This document shows, one piece after another, positions 1 to 9,231 of a stretch of 64,000 nucleotides of DNA. The stretch is taken from positions 6,100-70,099 of the forward strand of contig JBGUKY010000021.1 of the NCBI GenBank assembly GCA_045114635.1, written 5' to 3'. This DNA comes from Candidatus Enterousia sp. Lineage in GTDB: Bacteria > Pseudomonadota > Alphaproteobacteria > Rs-D84. The notes under the pieces were generated by a model. The model did no database searches, had not been told where the DNA came from, and was given only the letters and a program-made list of their open reading frames with translations. Every line of letters begins with the position of its first letter. Positions within the stretch are counted from its first letter, which is position 1. The translations under genes and the position numbers were made by a program.

Positions 1-2803
1 CTTGTTTACATAAAGCAGCAGCACTATCAAGCGATGCTTTCGCATCTTGTAATTTTGCCTTTGCAGATTCAAGAGAATCTCCACCCTCGCTTTCTGCTGC
101 TGTGTTAATACTGATATCATTTATCATTTCAGCATAATTTATACAAGAAGATTTCTTTTGTTTTGCAGATGAAGAGGCACCGTTCGCAACATTTGATTTA
201 TTTAACCATTTGCCCAAAACGCCGGATTCTGTCAAACCTGTACCAATTGCACCGCCACCCAAAAGACCGGCAACCGCGCCCCATGCATATTTAGATTTTG
301 TAGATGAAGAATTCACCAAATTACCATTTGAATCACGTACTTTAAGTCCAGCATCAACCAAAGCTTGTTCGCCAACCTTTTCTGTGATTTTTTGTAATGT
401 TTTATCGTCTATCCAAGAACCACATGTGAATGCATCACCAACCGCGAAATACGCTGTTGCTTTATCACCCAAAACTTCTTGGATTGCACGATCGTCTGAT
501 GTGACTGTGATACGTGCACGACAGAACGAACCATACAAATCATTAGATGCTTTGAATTGTTTTGTGGTCAAACCTTTCATATTATAATTCTTCGGGATCT
601 TGTTAGAATTCAATTTTACCCACATGAATGTTGAACCATTTTCAGCAGCACCCATAATACCACCGTTGTTTTGAGCCAAGCACATACCTTGTTCTTTTGT
701 AAGTTTAGCATTGTATTTTGCCTGGGCTTCTTTTTCAACATCAGCCAACAATTCTTGGAACAAAGATGTTCCGGCATTATCTAATTTATAATCAGCTATG
801 TTTTGATATACAGGTGTATCATATACACATCCGTTTTCGTCCATTATACCAATACATTGACCTTCGTCACTTGGTTCTTCTTGGATTCCAGCAGGACAAT
901 CATCACTTGGATTTGATACTGTACATGCAATCAAAACTTTATCAGGATTTTCAACAAGAGTTGCTGTTGTTGAATTTGCATCTCTCCATGCGCTTCTGAC
1001 AGAAGTGTTTGCACCCCAAGAATCTGTATCTGTTGTTAATTTATTAATAGCAATCTTTAAATGTTCATTACATACAGATGAATCTTTAACAGTATTCAAG
1101 CACAAACCGATAACAATATTGTAATCAAGAACGCCACCCATTTTATTCATACTGTTATCAAATTTTGCCTGGCCAGTACTATATGTTCCAGACATAACAT
1201 CTGTTCTGTTACGATAGCAACTTTCATAATCTTTACCACACATAGATTTTACACAAGACAATGCAACTGTTTGACATTGTTTACGCATATTTTCAATTGC
1301 GGCATCATTATAAGATGTTGCCAATGTTGCATTCAAAGATGCGATTACACCAATTGGATCCGCAGATACGCTTGAATCTTCTGGATAAAGTGTTGTGAAA
1401 ACACTGTTTTCATCATTCATATATCCAGCAAACAAACTACCCTGACTTAAAACTGCTGCATATTGGCAGTTCGCATCTGTATCTACAATAGCACGACAAG
1501 CAGATCTTACTTCTTTATAAGATTTAGGTGCCTTGGTAATATTGACTTCACCTGTGGAAGCATCACGAGATTGCGAATAACAAACAGATCCGATACCACC
1601 ACCGCAAGAACGCATAGCACAAGATGAAATTGTATCAATACACTTATCTTGAACCTTGGCATCAAATTTATCTGTTATTTGATTTATTTTATCTTTCAAT
1701 GCAGTAAAACGTCCAAATTCACCATTGTACATATCATCGAACACTTCACTTACATTATCAGGATCTGTCAAAACAGATTCTTTTGTAACCGGTTTTGCCT
1801 TTACAGTCATATAACAATATCTGTTTGAACCGATTGTTTGCTGGCATTCTTGACGGATATAGTTCGCAACTTCGCGTTTTGTTGTGATTTGAGAAATTTC
1901 CATTAAATCTTGTGCTGTCACAGCACGACCACCATTAGTTGCATCAGCAATTCTTATCAAGATTTCAGGACGATCTTCAATACATTTGTTTGGATTTTTC
2001 GAACAAGCATTCAAAATACATTGATCTGTAACCTTGTTACATGTAGCAACAGCATTATTTACAGCCAACGCAGCGCCTTCTGTAATCATTTCAGACAATC
2101 TTGAACCGCTTGCAGGTTGTAAAGACGACGCAGCAGCTGTTGATCCGAACAATTCTGTTTTTCCAGCAACTTGACAACGTGCTAATGTTGAATCACAAGA
2201 CAAAGCTTGTTTTTTGAATTCTTTTGGATCTGTACACAATTCAAAATCTTGGCCACAGATACTTTCTTTGTGTAAACAGGATGTGTATTTTTTAACACAT
2301 TGGTCTGTATCCAAACGATTTTCAATTTGAGCCGCTGTTATCATCTGCCCCAAAACACTGCTTGCTGTTGGGTATGTATATGCAGTGATTTCGCCATTTG
2401 AATCTGTTGTTGCAGATGTTGCAATTGCGTTCAAATCATACGACCCAAACAAAGAGGCACGACCAGCGTTGCTACATTGTGACAAAACATTCAAACATGT
2501 TGGCGTTTTAGCGTGTAACAATATTGTGTTTGTACATTCTTCAAATTCAGAACCGCAAGCATCATTACCCTTGATACAAGCCGAATAGTTATCGATACAA
2601 TCAACGTCTGCCAAATATGTTGTGGAAGTTCCGTTAATAACCGAAGACGTTGTACCGCCTGTGACCGAAGTAATATATCCGGCAATTGACGGTAAACGCG
2701 GCGTTGCCTTTGCCACCATGCTTACGCGTGATGTAGCCGCCATTGCCCCTGGAATCACGGCAAAAATTGACAATAAACCTAATGCTTTGACGATGTTCTT
2801 CAT
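1..2803 (-). CDS. Very large cysteine-rich tandem-repeat secreted/surface protein, partial (>930 aa; C-terminus lies beyond the window start).
   Basis: I read the reverse strand by hand from an ATG at 2803-2801: MKNIVKALGLLSIFAVIPGAMAATS..., a typical Sec signal peptide. The frame stays open to position 1. No competing ORF >100 aa exists on either strand across 1000-2400 in the supplied track, which appears to omit ORFs that run off the window edge. Internal ~50 aa repeats are visible: CIDNYSACIKGNDACGSEFEECTN...CLNVLSQCSNAGRASLFG versus CVKKYTSCLHKESICGQDFELCTD...CDSTLARCQVAGKTELFG. Near the C-terminal end there is a glycine-zipper hydrophobic segment, AWGAVAGLLGGGAIGTGL. The track ORF 2634..2816(-) is a different frame overlapping this start. 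Confidence 0.6.
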   Translation of the reverse strand, partial: MKNIVKALGLLSIFAVIPGAMAATSRVSMVAKATPRLPSIAGYITSVTGGTTSSVINGTSTTYLADVDCIDNYSACIKGNDACGSEFEECTNTILLHAKTPTCLNVLSQCSNAGRASLFGSYDLNAIATSATTDSNGEITAYTYPTASSVLGQMITAAQIENRLDTDQCVKKYTSCLHKESICGQDFELCTDPKEFKKQALSCDSTLARCQVAGKTELFGSTAAASSLQPASGSRLSEMITEGAALAVNNAVATCNKVTDQCILNACSKNPNKCIEDRPEILIRIADATNGGRAVTAQDLMEISQITTKREVANYIRQECQQTIGSNRYCYMTVKAKPVTKESVLTDPDNVSEVFDDMYNGEFGRFTALKDKINQITDKFDAKVQDKCIDTISSCAMRSCGGGIGSVCYSQSRDASTGEVNITKAPKSYKEVRSACRAIVDTDANCQYAAVLSQGSLFAGYMNDENSVFTTLYPEDSSVSADPIGVIASLNATLATSYNDAAIENMRKQCQTVALSCVKSMCGKDYESCYRNRTDVMSGTYSTGQAKFDNSMNKMGGVLDYNIVIGLCLNTVKDSSVCNEHLKIAINKLTTDTDSWGANTSVRSAWRDANSTTATLVENPDKVLIACTVSNPSDDCPAGIQEEPSDEGQCIGIMDENGCVYDTPVYQNIADYKLDNAGTSLFQELLADVEKEAQAKYNAKLTKEQGMCLAQNNGGIMGAAENGSTFMWVKLNSNKIPKNYNMKGLTTKQFKASNDLYGSFCRARITVTSDDRAIQEVLGDKATAYFAVGDAFTCGSWIDDKTLQKITEKVGEQALVDAGLKVRDSNGNLVNSSSTKSKYAWGAVAGLLGGGAIGTGLTESGVLGKWLNKSNVANGASSSAKQKKSSCINYAEMINDISINTAAESEGGDSLESAKAKLQDAKASLDSAAALCKQ

Positions 2804-2889
2804 CCCCTTTCTCCATTTTACTTTGTATTTATTCTATCATAACAAGCAAAATAATGAAAGCGAAAAATGAAGCGTTTTGTGATTATTTT

Positions 2890-3849
2890 TTATTGGTTAT
2901 CAAGAATTTCTTTCAATTCAATCATATCATCTGGCATATGTGCTTTAAAGTGCATTTTTTCACCGGTTATTGGGTGCATAAACTCCAAGATTTCAGCATG
3001 TAACATTTGACCGTTATGTTCGCGCAAAAAATCAAGCAATTCTGGGTCTTTTACGGATCCAATATGCCCCTTTTCACGACCATAAAGTGGGTCACATAAA
3101 ACAGGGAATCCATGTGACGACAAATGAACCCTTATTTGATGGGTTCGTCCGGTCATAAGAGTACAACGAAACATCGAAATACCTGGGCGGGTCCAAACAT
3201 CCATAACATTGACAATTGTATGTGCTGGTTTGCCACCCGTTTTTACCAATGACATTTTTTGTCTATTTCGTGATGAACGAGCAATATTTCCAGTTATTTC
3301 AGCCCCACCCCAAGTTGGAACACCCCAAACAAAAGCAACATATTTACGGGTTAAATCGTGCGCAGAAAAAATCTTTACAAGTCCGCGATATGCGGCATCG
3401 CTTTTCGCAAAAACCATCGCACCACTTGTGTCTTTATCAAGACGATGAACGACCCCGGGCCTTGTTTGGCCACCCAACGCAGACAAATGGGTATAAGCCA
3501 ACAGGTTTTGAACCAATGTCCCTGTTTTATTTCCAGCACTTGGGTACATAACAACACCGCGTGGCTTGTTAATCACAATAATATCATCGTCTTCGTATAA
3601 AATTTCCAAATCAAAATCACTGCTGATATTATCATATGCCACATCAGTCTTTTTTTCAGCAATTTCTACAACAAATTCGTCATTTAATTTTGTTTTTTCA
3701 GACAATTTTAATGGGCGACCGTCAGTGCGATCTATTTTGAATTTTTGAATTTCACTGCGCGAATATTCAGGCATAGAGATTGACAAAAACTTATCAATTC
3801 TTATTCCCACATTTTCTTCATTAACCAAAAATTTTTTGATATCAGCCAT
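2890..3849 (-). CDS. rluD: 23S rRNA pseudouridine synthase, RluA family (RluD-like) with N-terminal S4 domain.
   Basis: Catalytic motif HRLDKDTSGAMVFAK; S4-like N-terminus (IRIDKFLS); 319 aa, the typical RluD size. Confidence 0.75.
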   Translation of the reverse strand: MADIKKFLVNEENVGIRIDKFLSISMPEYSRSEIQKFKIDRTDGRPLKLSEKTKLNDEFVVEIAEKKTDVAYDNISSDFDLEILYEDDDIIVINKPRGVVMYPSAGNKTGTLVQNLLAYTHLSALGGQTRPGVVHRLDKDTSGAMVFAKSDAAYRGLVKIFSAHDLTRKYVAFVWGVPTWGGAEITGNIARSSRNRQKMSLVKTGGKPAHTIVNVMDVWTRPGISMFRCTLMTGRTHQIRVHLSSHGFPVLCDPLYGREKGHIGSVKDPELLDFLREHNGQMLHAEILEFMHPITGEKMHFKAHMPDDMIELKEILDNQ

Positions 3850-4331
3850 TATCTATATTCTGTCCATTTTGGACCTTGTTCACACTTTGAAATATCAATC
3901 GTAAAGTTACGTTTTCCTTCTACTGGACAAGTCAAAATCCCGGTCGAACGAGCCTGGGTTGCATCTTCTGTTGCATTACGCCACGCAAAAGAAATTGTGT
4001 CTGGTTTATAAACACAGACTATACGTAAATGTCCTGACATTTTTCCATTTGGTGACAACCATACACGAACACTGTCTGATTCGCCATAACAAGGAAAAGA
4101 ATCAAGGTAATATAATACCAGACCTTCTTTAACAAGAGATTTATCTGTCCCCTTGATTGTTCCGGTATATTGGTTAAGTTGCAACCCTGTTACCGCAGCC
4201 CAATCAACAGTCGTTGAAAACACGCTTACGCGTTGAACTGGTGCCGGTGCTGGTGGTGGCGGCGTTGACTGTGTATCTGCAAATGCAGCAACACAAAACA
4301 AAGATAAAAATATTATGAAAATATTCTTCAT
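3849..4331 (-). CDS. Small secreted protein with a Pro-rich linker (hypothetical).
   Basis: Signal peptide MKNIFIIFLSLFCVAAFA followed by TPPPPAPAP and a Cys-containing beta-rich region. Start codon overlaps the rluD stop and the ZitP-like gene end, so it looks co-transcribed. Confidence 0.45.
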   Translation of the reverse strand: MKNIFIIFLSLFCVAAFADTQSTPPPPAPAPVQRVSVFSTTVDWAAVTGLQLNQYTGTIKGTDKSLVKEGLVLYYLDSFPCYGESDSVRVWLSPNGKMSGHLRIVCVYKPDTISFAWRNATEDATQARSTGILTCPVEGKRNFTIDISKCEQGPKWTEYR

Positions 4332-4837
4332 TTCGATTCCTTTAATTCAACAGACAATCTTTTAACATTTGTCGGATCAACTGATAACATATGGTTAAAT
4401 GTAACTGTTGTTTTTGATTCAAGCAATGTTGCCGGTGGCATAAAAGTTTGTCGGGACAAAACATTACCCATCGCATCATAGGAAATAATTATTATATTTG
4501 GCAAACCATATATTTCATCTGTTGTATTGGTGATATTACCAGATACAAATATACGATTGTTTCCATTTTCATCCAATACAGTATGTATATTTTTCTCATC
4601 TATCTTTGTAATCAAAGGTTGGCTTTTTTTCATACCAGAAAAATTCATGACAACCACAAAAGAAAATATACAAGCTGCGATAAAAGCACAAACCGCCGCA
4701 ATAAATTTTATCATTGTTTTGTGCTGAAACGGAACCCGTGGTGTCCAAACATGCCCACACACAGCGCACTTCACAGGTGTCGTTGGTGCATGTTCTAAAT
4801 TGTATTCTGTTTTACAAAAATTACATACTATCTTCAT
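4328..4837 (-). CDS. ZitP-like protein: N-terminal MJ0042-type zinc-ribbon, one TM helix, C-terminal DUF3426-like domain.
   Basis: N-terminus MKIVCNFCKTEYNLEHAPTTPVKCAVCGHVW (CxxC...CxxC zinc ribbon). Then TM segment FIAAVCAFIAACIFSFVVV and a ~100 aa beta-rich C-terminal domain. This architecture matches Caulobacter ZitP and its alphaproteobacterial homologues, which control polar pilus biogenesis. Confidence 0.55.
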   Translation of the reverse strand: MKIVCNFCKTEYNLEHAPTTPVKCAVCGHVWTPRVPFQHKTMIKFIAAVCAFIAACIFSFVVVMNFSGMKKSQPLITKIDEKNIHTVLDENGNNRIFVSGNITNTTDEIYGLPNIIIISYDAMGNVLSRQTFMPPATLLESKTTVTFNHMLSVDPTNVKRLSVELKESK

Positions 4838-4874
4838 AAATGAACTCCGTATGATATTTTTATACCATAAATTA

Positions 4875-6203
4875 TTATAAATTCAACATTTCATATTTAG
4901 CACGTATTTGTGTCTGCATATTATTTATCGCATTTATATAATCAGCAACTGTCGCATTCACATTGGCAGAAACCCCACCAAATATTGTTGTCGCAACAGT
5001 TCCTTGATTTGATTCTTGTGCCATTATAATTGAAGCCATACGTGAAAGTTCTGGGGAATTTATATCAACAAAACGTGCCTTACTGTTTTTAATATCCCAA
5101 TAATAAGAGGAATCTTTTGAATCTTGAATTTTATCTGAAATATGTAGTTGTGGTGTCACAGACCCAGTATAACCAACAGATACATATGTCGCATTTATAC
5201 TACCTAAAATTAAATCCATGTCACCTATAATTTTTAACGAAGAAGATTTTCCAGAAGTGTTTGAAACACTAAAACCACTTAAAGTTAAAGTGTTTACATA
5301 CAAATCATTTGTAGAAAAAGAAGAAAATTTTGCCGAATCTGCCAAAGTCAATGTTCCATTGACATTCAGATTCCGAGAATCCGCAGTTAAAGCACCGTTT
5401 ACAACGGCTATATTTGTTGAATATACCGCATCTATGGTTGAACGATTTGCAAAAACTAATGTGGATACATCCAATTTGCCGATTTTTAATTTTTCTTCAA
5501 ATTGTGCTTTATATGCATCTACAAAGCGAATATTTTTTATATCATGTCCATCTAAATTCAAGGCTGATTGCATTGTCGCATCGTCTTCATTTTCTGACGG
5601 CAGTCTCCATAAATATTCTGTATTACCACGTTTTATATTTGTCGTTCCAACCAAACCTTTGGTGTTTGACAAACCAAAATCAGCCGCCGAAGAACGAAAG
5701 GCCCCAAAACCACCGTATGTCACATTACCTTCAACGAAACCAAATTTGCCACCACCCAAGTTAACTATTTCACGTGTACGCATTGGGGATATATCACTAT
5801 TTGTCAAAAGCACTATACCTTGTAACACAGAATTATTTTTATTATCCGAAGATTTCAAAACACGCAGCTGATAATCATCACCATATGTATCAGCAATATA
5901 TTCTGGCAACCCATAATTTATTAAATCATTGATTTTAATATGGGTTATGTTTTTACCCTTTGGACGCATCAGTTCAGTTTTATTTTCAACAATATATCTT
6001 TCAAGTGCATTTTGAACCCTTTCCATTTGTTTTGTTATCGCAACATTTCTTGCACGCAAAACTGCGGTTTGTTGATATCTGAAAACAAACGGTATAATTA
6101 TTGCAGCCAGCGCAACGGTCATCATCAATTCAACAAGCATTCCACCGCGTTGCATATTTTTACGAAAAAGATTCAGTGTTCTCGTCATTATTTCGTATGC
6201 CAA
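4875..6203 (-). CDS. Large type IV pilin-like / pseudopilin-like protein with a class-III signal peptide.
   Basis: MQRGG|MLVELMMTVALAAIIIPFVF: Gly, then a hydrophobic helix with Glu close to +5. The true start may be the internal Met at ~6155, giving a short MQRGG leader like those of the neighbouring genes. Rest of the 442 aa protein is beta-rich and Ser/Thr/Asn-rich. Confidence 0.5.
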   Translation of the reverse strand: MAYEIMTRTLNLFRKNMQRGGMLVELMMTVALAAIIIPFVFRYQQTAVLRARNVAITKQMERVQNALERYIVENKTELMRPKGKNITHIKINDLINYGLPEYIADTYGDDYQLRVLKSSDNKNNSVLQGIVLLTNSDISPMRTREIVNLGGGKFGFVEGNVTYGGFGAFRSSAADFGLSNTKGLVGTTNIKRGNTEYLWRLPSENEDDATMQSALNLDGHDIKNIRFVDAYKAQFEEKLKIGKLDVSTLVFANRSTIDAVYSTNIAVVNGALTADSRNLNVNGTLTLADSAKFSSFSTNDLYVNTLTLSGFSVSNTSGKSSSLKIIGDMDLILGSINATYVSVGYTGSVTPQLHISDKIQDSKDSSYYWDIKNSKARFVDINSPELSRMASIIMAQESNQGTVATTIFGGVSANVNATVADYINAINNMQTQIRAKYEMLNL

Positions 6204-7393
6204 TTTTGTTTTATTATTTTGTTAAATTCATCGGCATCTGGAACTGGTGGAACAGATGCGCGTGTCAAAGTCAATTTTGAAAAAGAAGGTGGTGTCAAAG
6301 AAGGAAACGACCAATTACCTATTTTCAAAGGTGCAACGCCTGCCAACAATAATTCACCAGAAACAGTTATGCCAAAGTTTTCAAAAAACACTAAATCTGT
6401 TGCCGATAAATATGGCGTCAAAAGTTTATTCATAGATATACCACTAAAACCAGAAACACTTCTACCACTTGAAGATTTCAAAATTAAATTACCAGCAACA
6501 TTGACAGAGTTTCCAATTGTTGCTCTATCCACTATCAGTTTACCGTTTGTTGTATATTTATCGTCGTTTAACACTTTCGCTTTGATAAGTCTAAAACCAC
6601 TTGTATCACCCGTCACACGCATAGAAGAAAATGTTATGCTTTCTGAATTCATGTTTGCCCCAGAAGAAAAATATACATTGTTTGCATCAACAACATCTGA
6701 TTCAAGAAACACTGCATCAACATCTATAATTTTAGCAGACAAACCATCAACTTTGGCCGCATTAAATACATTAAAATTATTCATATGTAAGTCACGATTC
6801 ATTTGATTCAAAGCATCTTCGCCCATTGTGCCACGATGCAAGAACCTTGATTTATCTGCCCCTTCAAAATCATGCGATACTCTGAAAATTAAATCACCAA
6901 CATTAAAATCTTCTGGTGCAGACACAGCCCAACTTTGTGAATAGGCGATACCGTCTTCACGTACAACCGCAGCATCTTCACCAATTTGTTTTGCGATATT
7001 TGCCGCTCTGTAATCAGATTTTCCCATATCAAAAGCCAAATAAACATCGCTTATGGACGCACCGTTTACTTTATATCTGTCAATATACCCACTATGAGCA
7101 TCAGCAGATATTTTCTTTAAATCTTCATCAGATAATTTTATTTCTGTTGTATCTTTCCATTGACCTTGATTTACACGAATATAATTTACAACAACATCTC
7201 GTATTTTTACTATTTCATTTGCATGCGCGATATCTTCTGATTCATTAGACATTTCTATAATTTGATTGTACATAAAAGGCGATATAGCAATCACAACAGC
7301 CACAGCCAAAATAACTTCGGTCAATGTTGCACCGTATTGCGAAAACGCGTTTAATCTTTCAAAATATTTTTTACATACAATCACTGCGCCCAC
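6188..7393 (-). CDS. Large type IV pilin-like / pseudopilin-like protein with a class-III signal peptide (long leader).
   Basis: ...FSQYG|ATLTEVILAVAVVIAISPF: Gly, Glu at +5, ~20 aa hydrophobic helix. 401 aa. Overlaps its neighbours, consistent with an operon. Confidence 0.5.
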   Translation of the reverse strand: MGAVIVCKKYFERLNAFSQYGATLTEVILAVAVVIAISPFMYNQIIEMSNESEDIAHANEIVKIRDVVVNYIRVNQGQWKDTTEIKLSDEDLKKISADAHSGYIDRYKVNGASISDVYLAFDMGKSDYRAANIAKQIGEDAAVVREDGIAYSQSWAVSAPEDFNVGDLIFRVSHDFEGADKSRFLHRGTMGEDALNQMNRDLHMNNFNVFNAAKVDGLSAKIIDVDAVFLESDVVDANNVYFSSGANMNSESITFSSMRVTGDTSGFRLIKAKVLNDDKYTTNGKLIVDRATIGNSVNVAGNLILKSSSGRSVSGFSGISMNKLLTPYLSATDLVFFENFGITVSGELLLAGVAPLKIGNWSFPSLTPPSFSKLTLTRASVPPVPDADEFNKIIKQNWHTK

Positions 7394-8723
7394 TCTCTAA
7401 ACATTGTTTTATATTTATTCTTGATTCCAATCTTTGCCAAAAAACATATTGGCATATTATATTTTGTGCCAAGGATTTACTATTATAAGCGACATCCATT
7501 TGATTGATTATATCTTTACAAGAAACTTTTTTGCCTGTTGTATCTTTTGGGTCTGCAATAATTTCAAAAGAATCATTATTTATTCCGTCAACATAAGCAT
7601 CCGGCAAAAGTGTTGTTCCTGCAGGTCTTATATCAATCAATAATGGTCCAGATTGACCATCTAATAATCCATACGAAGTTTGATCACGCAACGATATATT
7701 TGCAGCATATATATTTTTTACATCAACACCTTTTTTGGTGGTATAGGTTAGGCTTTCCGGATCAATATAAACATCTTGTCCACGCGACGCATCCAAAAAA
7801 GAACCGATATCTAATCTATCAACATTAAAACTAAAATTATCAGCACGTACAGCGCCACGAACCAGCCAATCAGAAGGCCCATCAAACCCCGTTCTGCCTT
7901 CGGACATAGAAAAGTCATATACAGACGCAACCTCAGATTCAAACCCACCTGTCGTTCCAAATCTGGAAATAGTACGCAAAGATGCAGACGATGTATTTAT
8001 TTCACCACGCGAAAGAGACAAAGCAGCACCACCATCAGCGCTTTGAAACACCGTTTTATTCGCGTACAAATCTGAAATTTTGTTTTTATCTTTTCTACTT
8101 TCTTCTACACCATAAAGCGACAAAGTAGTAAATTGCGCACTTTCAAATTCACCATTACGCGCAAACAAAACACCTATCTTGTCCACACTTTTTTCATTCA
8201 TATCAAGTTCAGACAAAAAACCGACATTTTCACCTGTTTCTTTTTTTGAAACTATATCGCTGTACATTTCATCAAGCGGTATATCAACTTCGATATTGCT
8301 TCCATTGATCTTTGCATAAAAACCTATTCTTCGCGCCAATTCTGCAAGTTGTATTTTCGACAATTTTCCACTTGTAACATTTATAAAACCGTAAAGCCCG
8401 TCTTCACTTTTGTTGATAATCAAAGATATGTTTTGGTTAAAATGTGTTCTTGGACTAAACCCAAGTGGCAATCCATAATTTTCTAATACTTCTACAAAAT
8501 CTTCTTTGCTCAACTCTTGTTTTTTATACGGCAAATTTTCTTTTTCTTCACGCAAATAAATACGTGCAGCCGATTGTGCCATTTCAATTTGTTCTGTAAC
8601 GGCATACATTTGGGCAGCCATGTCGCGTGATGAAATACGCCGCGCAAAAAAAGGCATAAAAGCAAAAACCAATGTCAATGCTAATAACGCTTGTAACAAA
8701 AAATTACCTGTCTGTTTTTGCAA
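7371..8723 (-). CDS. Large pseudopilin-like protein (GspK/PilX-like: prepilin-type N-terminus but no Glu+5).
   Basis: MQKQTG|NFLLQALLALTLVFAFMPFF, then a 450 aa beta-rich protein with four Cys near the C-terminus. First gene of the minus-strand operon. Confidence 0.4.
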   Translation of the reverse strand: MQKQTGNFLLQALLALTLVFAFMPFFARRISSRDMAAQMYAVTEQIEMAQSAARIYLREEKENLPYKKQELSKEDFVEVLENYGLPLGFSPRTHFNQNISLIINKSEDGLYGFINVTSGKLSKIQLAELARRIGFYAKINGSNIEVDIPLDEMYSDIVSKKETGENVGFLSELDMNEKSVDKIGVLFARNGEFESAQFTTLSLYGVEESRKDKNKISDLYANKTVFQSADGGAALSLSRGEINTSSASLRTISRFGTTGGFESEVASVYDFSMSEGRTGFDGPSDWLVRGAVRADNFSFNVDRLDIGSFLDASRGQDVYIDPESLTYTTKKGVDVKNIYAANISLRDQTSYGLLDGQSGPLLIDIRPAGTTLLPDAYVDGINNDSFEIIADPKDTTGKKVSCKDIINQMDVAYNSKSLAQNIICQYVFWQRLESRINIKQCLESGRSDCM

Positions 8724-8874
8724 AAGCCCCCTCCTACAACCTAAAGCATAGCAATTGAAAAAAATTATTGCAATCAGTTTTAAGATGCTTTAATATTTAA
8801 ATCGTTGAAGAACAAACGGTAAAAATGATTACTGTTTGAAAAGTTTATTTCCTTGAAAAATAAAAAGAAAGAAT

Positions 8875-9192
8875 ATGCCAAACAAAAAAAATCAAACCTC
8901 TGTGGGTCAGATGATTCAACGCTGTCATAAATGGCGTCAAAAAAGAAAACAATATATTGACTTGGCTCGCCAAACAAGTGATGAGATTGAACGCGAACGC
9001 CTTCTTCAAACGGCTGAACATTATGGTCGTATTGTTAATGAAGAACAGGTCAAAATTGATTCTCAGCGCGACCCTAAGGACAAAACGCCAATTCCAGAAG
9101 AAATCGCCGAAGCATCTGAAAATAACGAACAAAACGATGCAAGTGACGATGAAGAAATTGGATTTCCAGATTTTATTACAAATTTGAAATAA
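8875..9192 (+). CDS. DUF4167-family protein (alphaproteobacterial, basic N-terminus).
   Basis: Motif ...DLARQTSDEIERERLLQTAEHYGRIV matches the conserved DUF4167 core (..LARDA...ENYLQHAEHYFRI..). Acidic C-terminal tail. Sits immediately upstream of dnaX. Confidence 0.5.
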   Translation: MPNKKNQTSVGQMIQRCHKWRQKRKQYIDLARQTSDEIERERLLQTAEHYGRIVNEEQVKIDSQRDPKDKTPIPEEIAEASENNEQNDASDDEEIGFPDFITNLK

Positions 9193-9231
9193 TCCGGCCT
9201 CTTTTTTATTGAAATCGTATATTTATTTGCT

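Noticed and set aside
2634-2816. Track ORF MEKGDEEHRQ... (60 aa) at the left-end locus.
   Set aside because: It is an alternative frame overlapping the real start (ATG 2803) of the long Cys-rich ORF. It has no signal peptide, and the long frame continues for >2.8 kb.
5218-6806. Plus-strand ORFs of 116-288 aa (5218..5871, 5414..5764, 5940..6806) inside the pilin-like operon.
   Set aside because: They are antisense to long, motif-bearing minus-strand genes and have low-complexity or hydrophobic composition typical of shadow ORFs.
8780-9132. Minus-strand ORFs of 65 and 95 aa near the DUF4167 gene.
   Set aside because: They are antisense to the DUF4167 ORF, which carries a conserved family motif.
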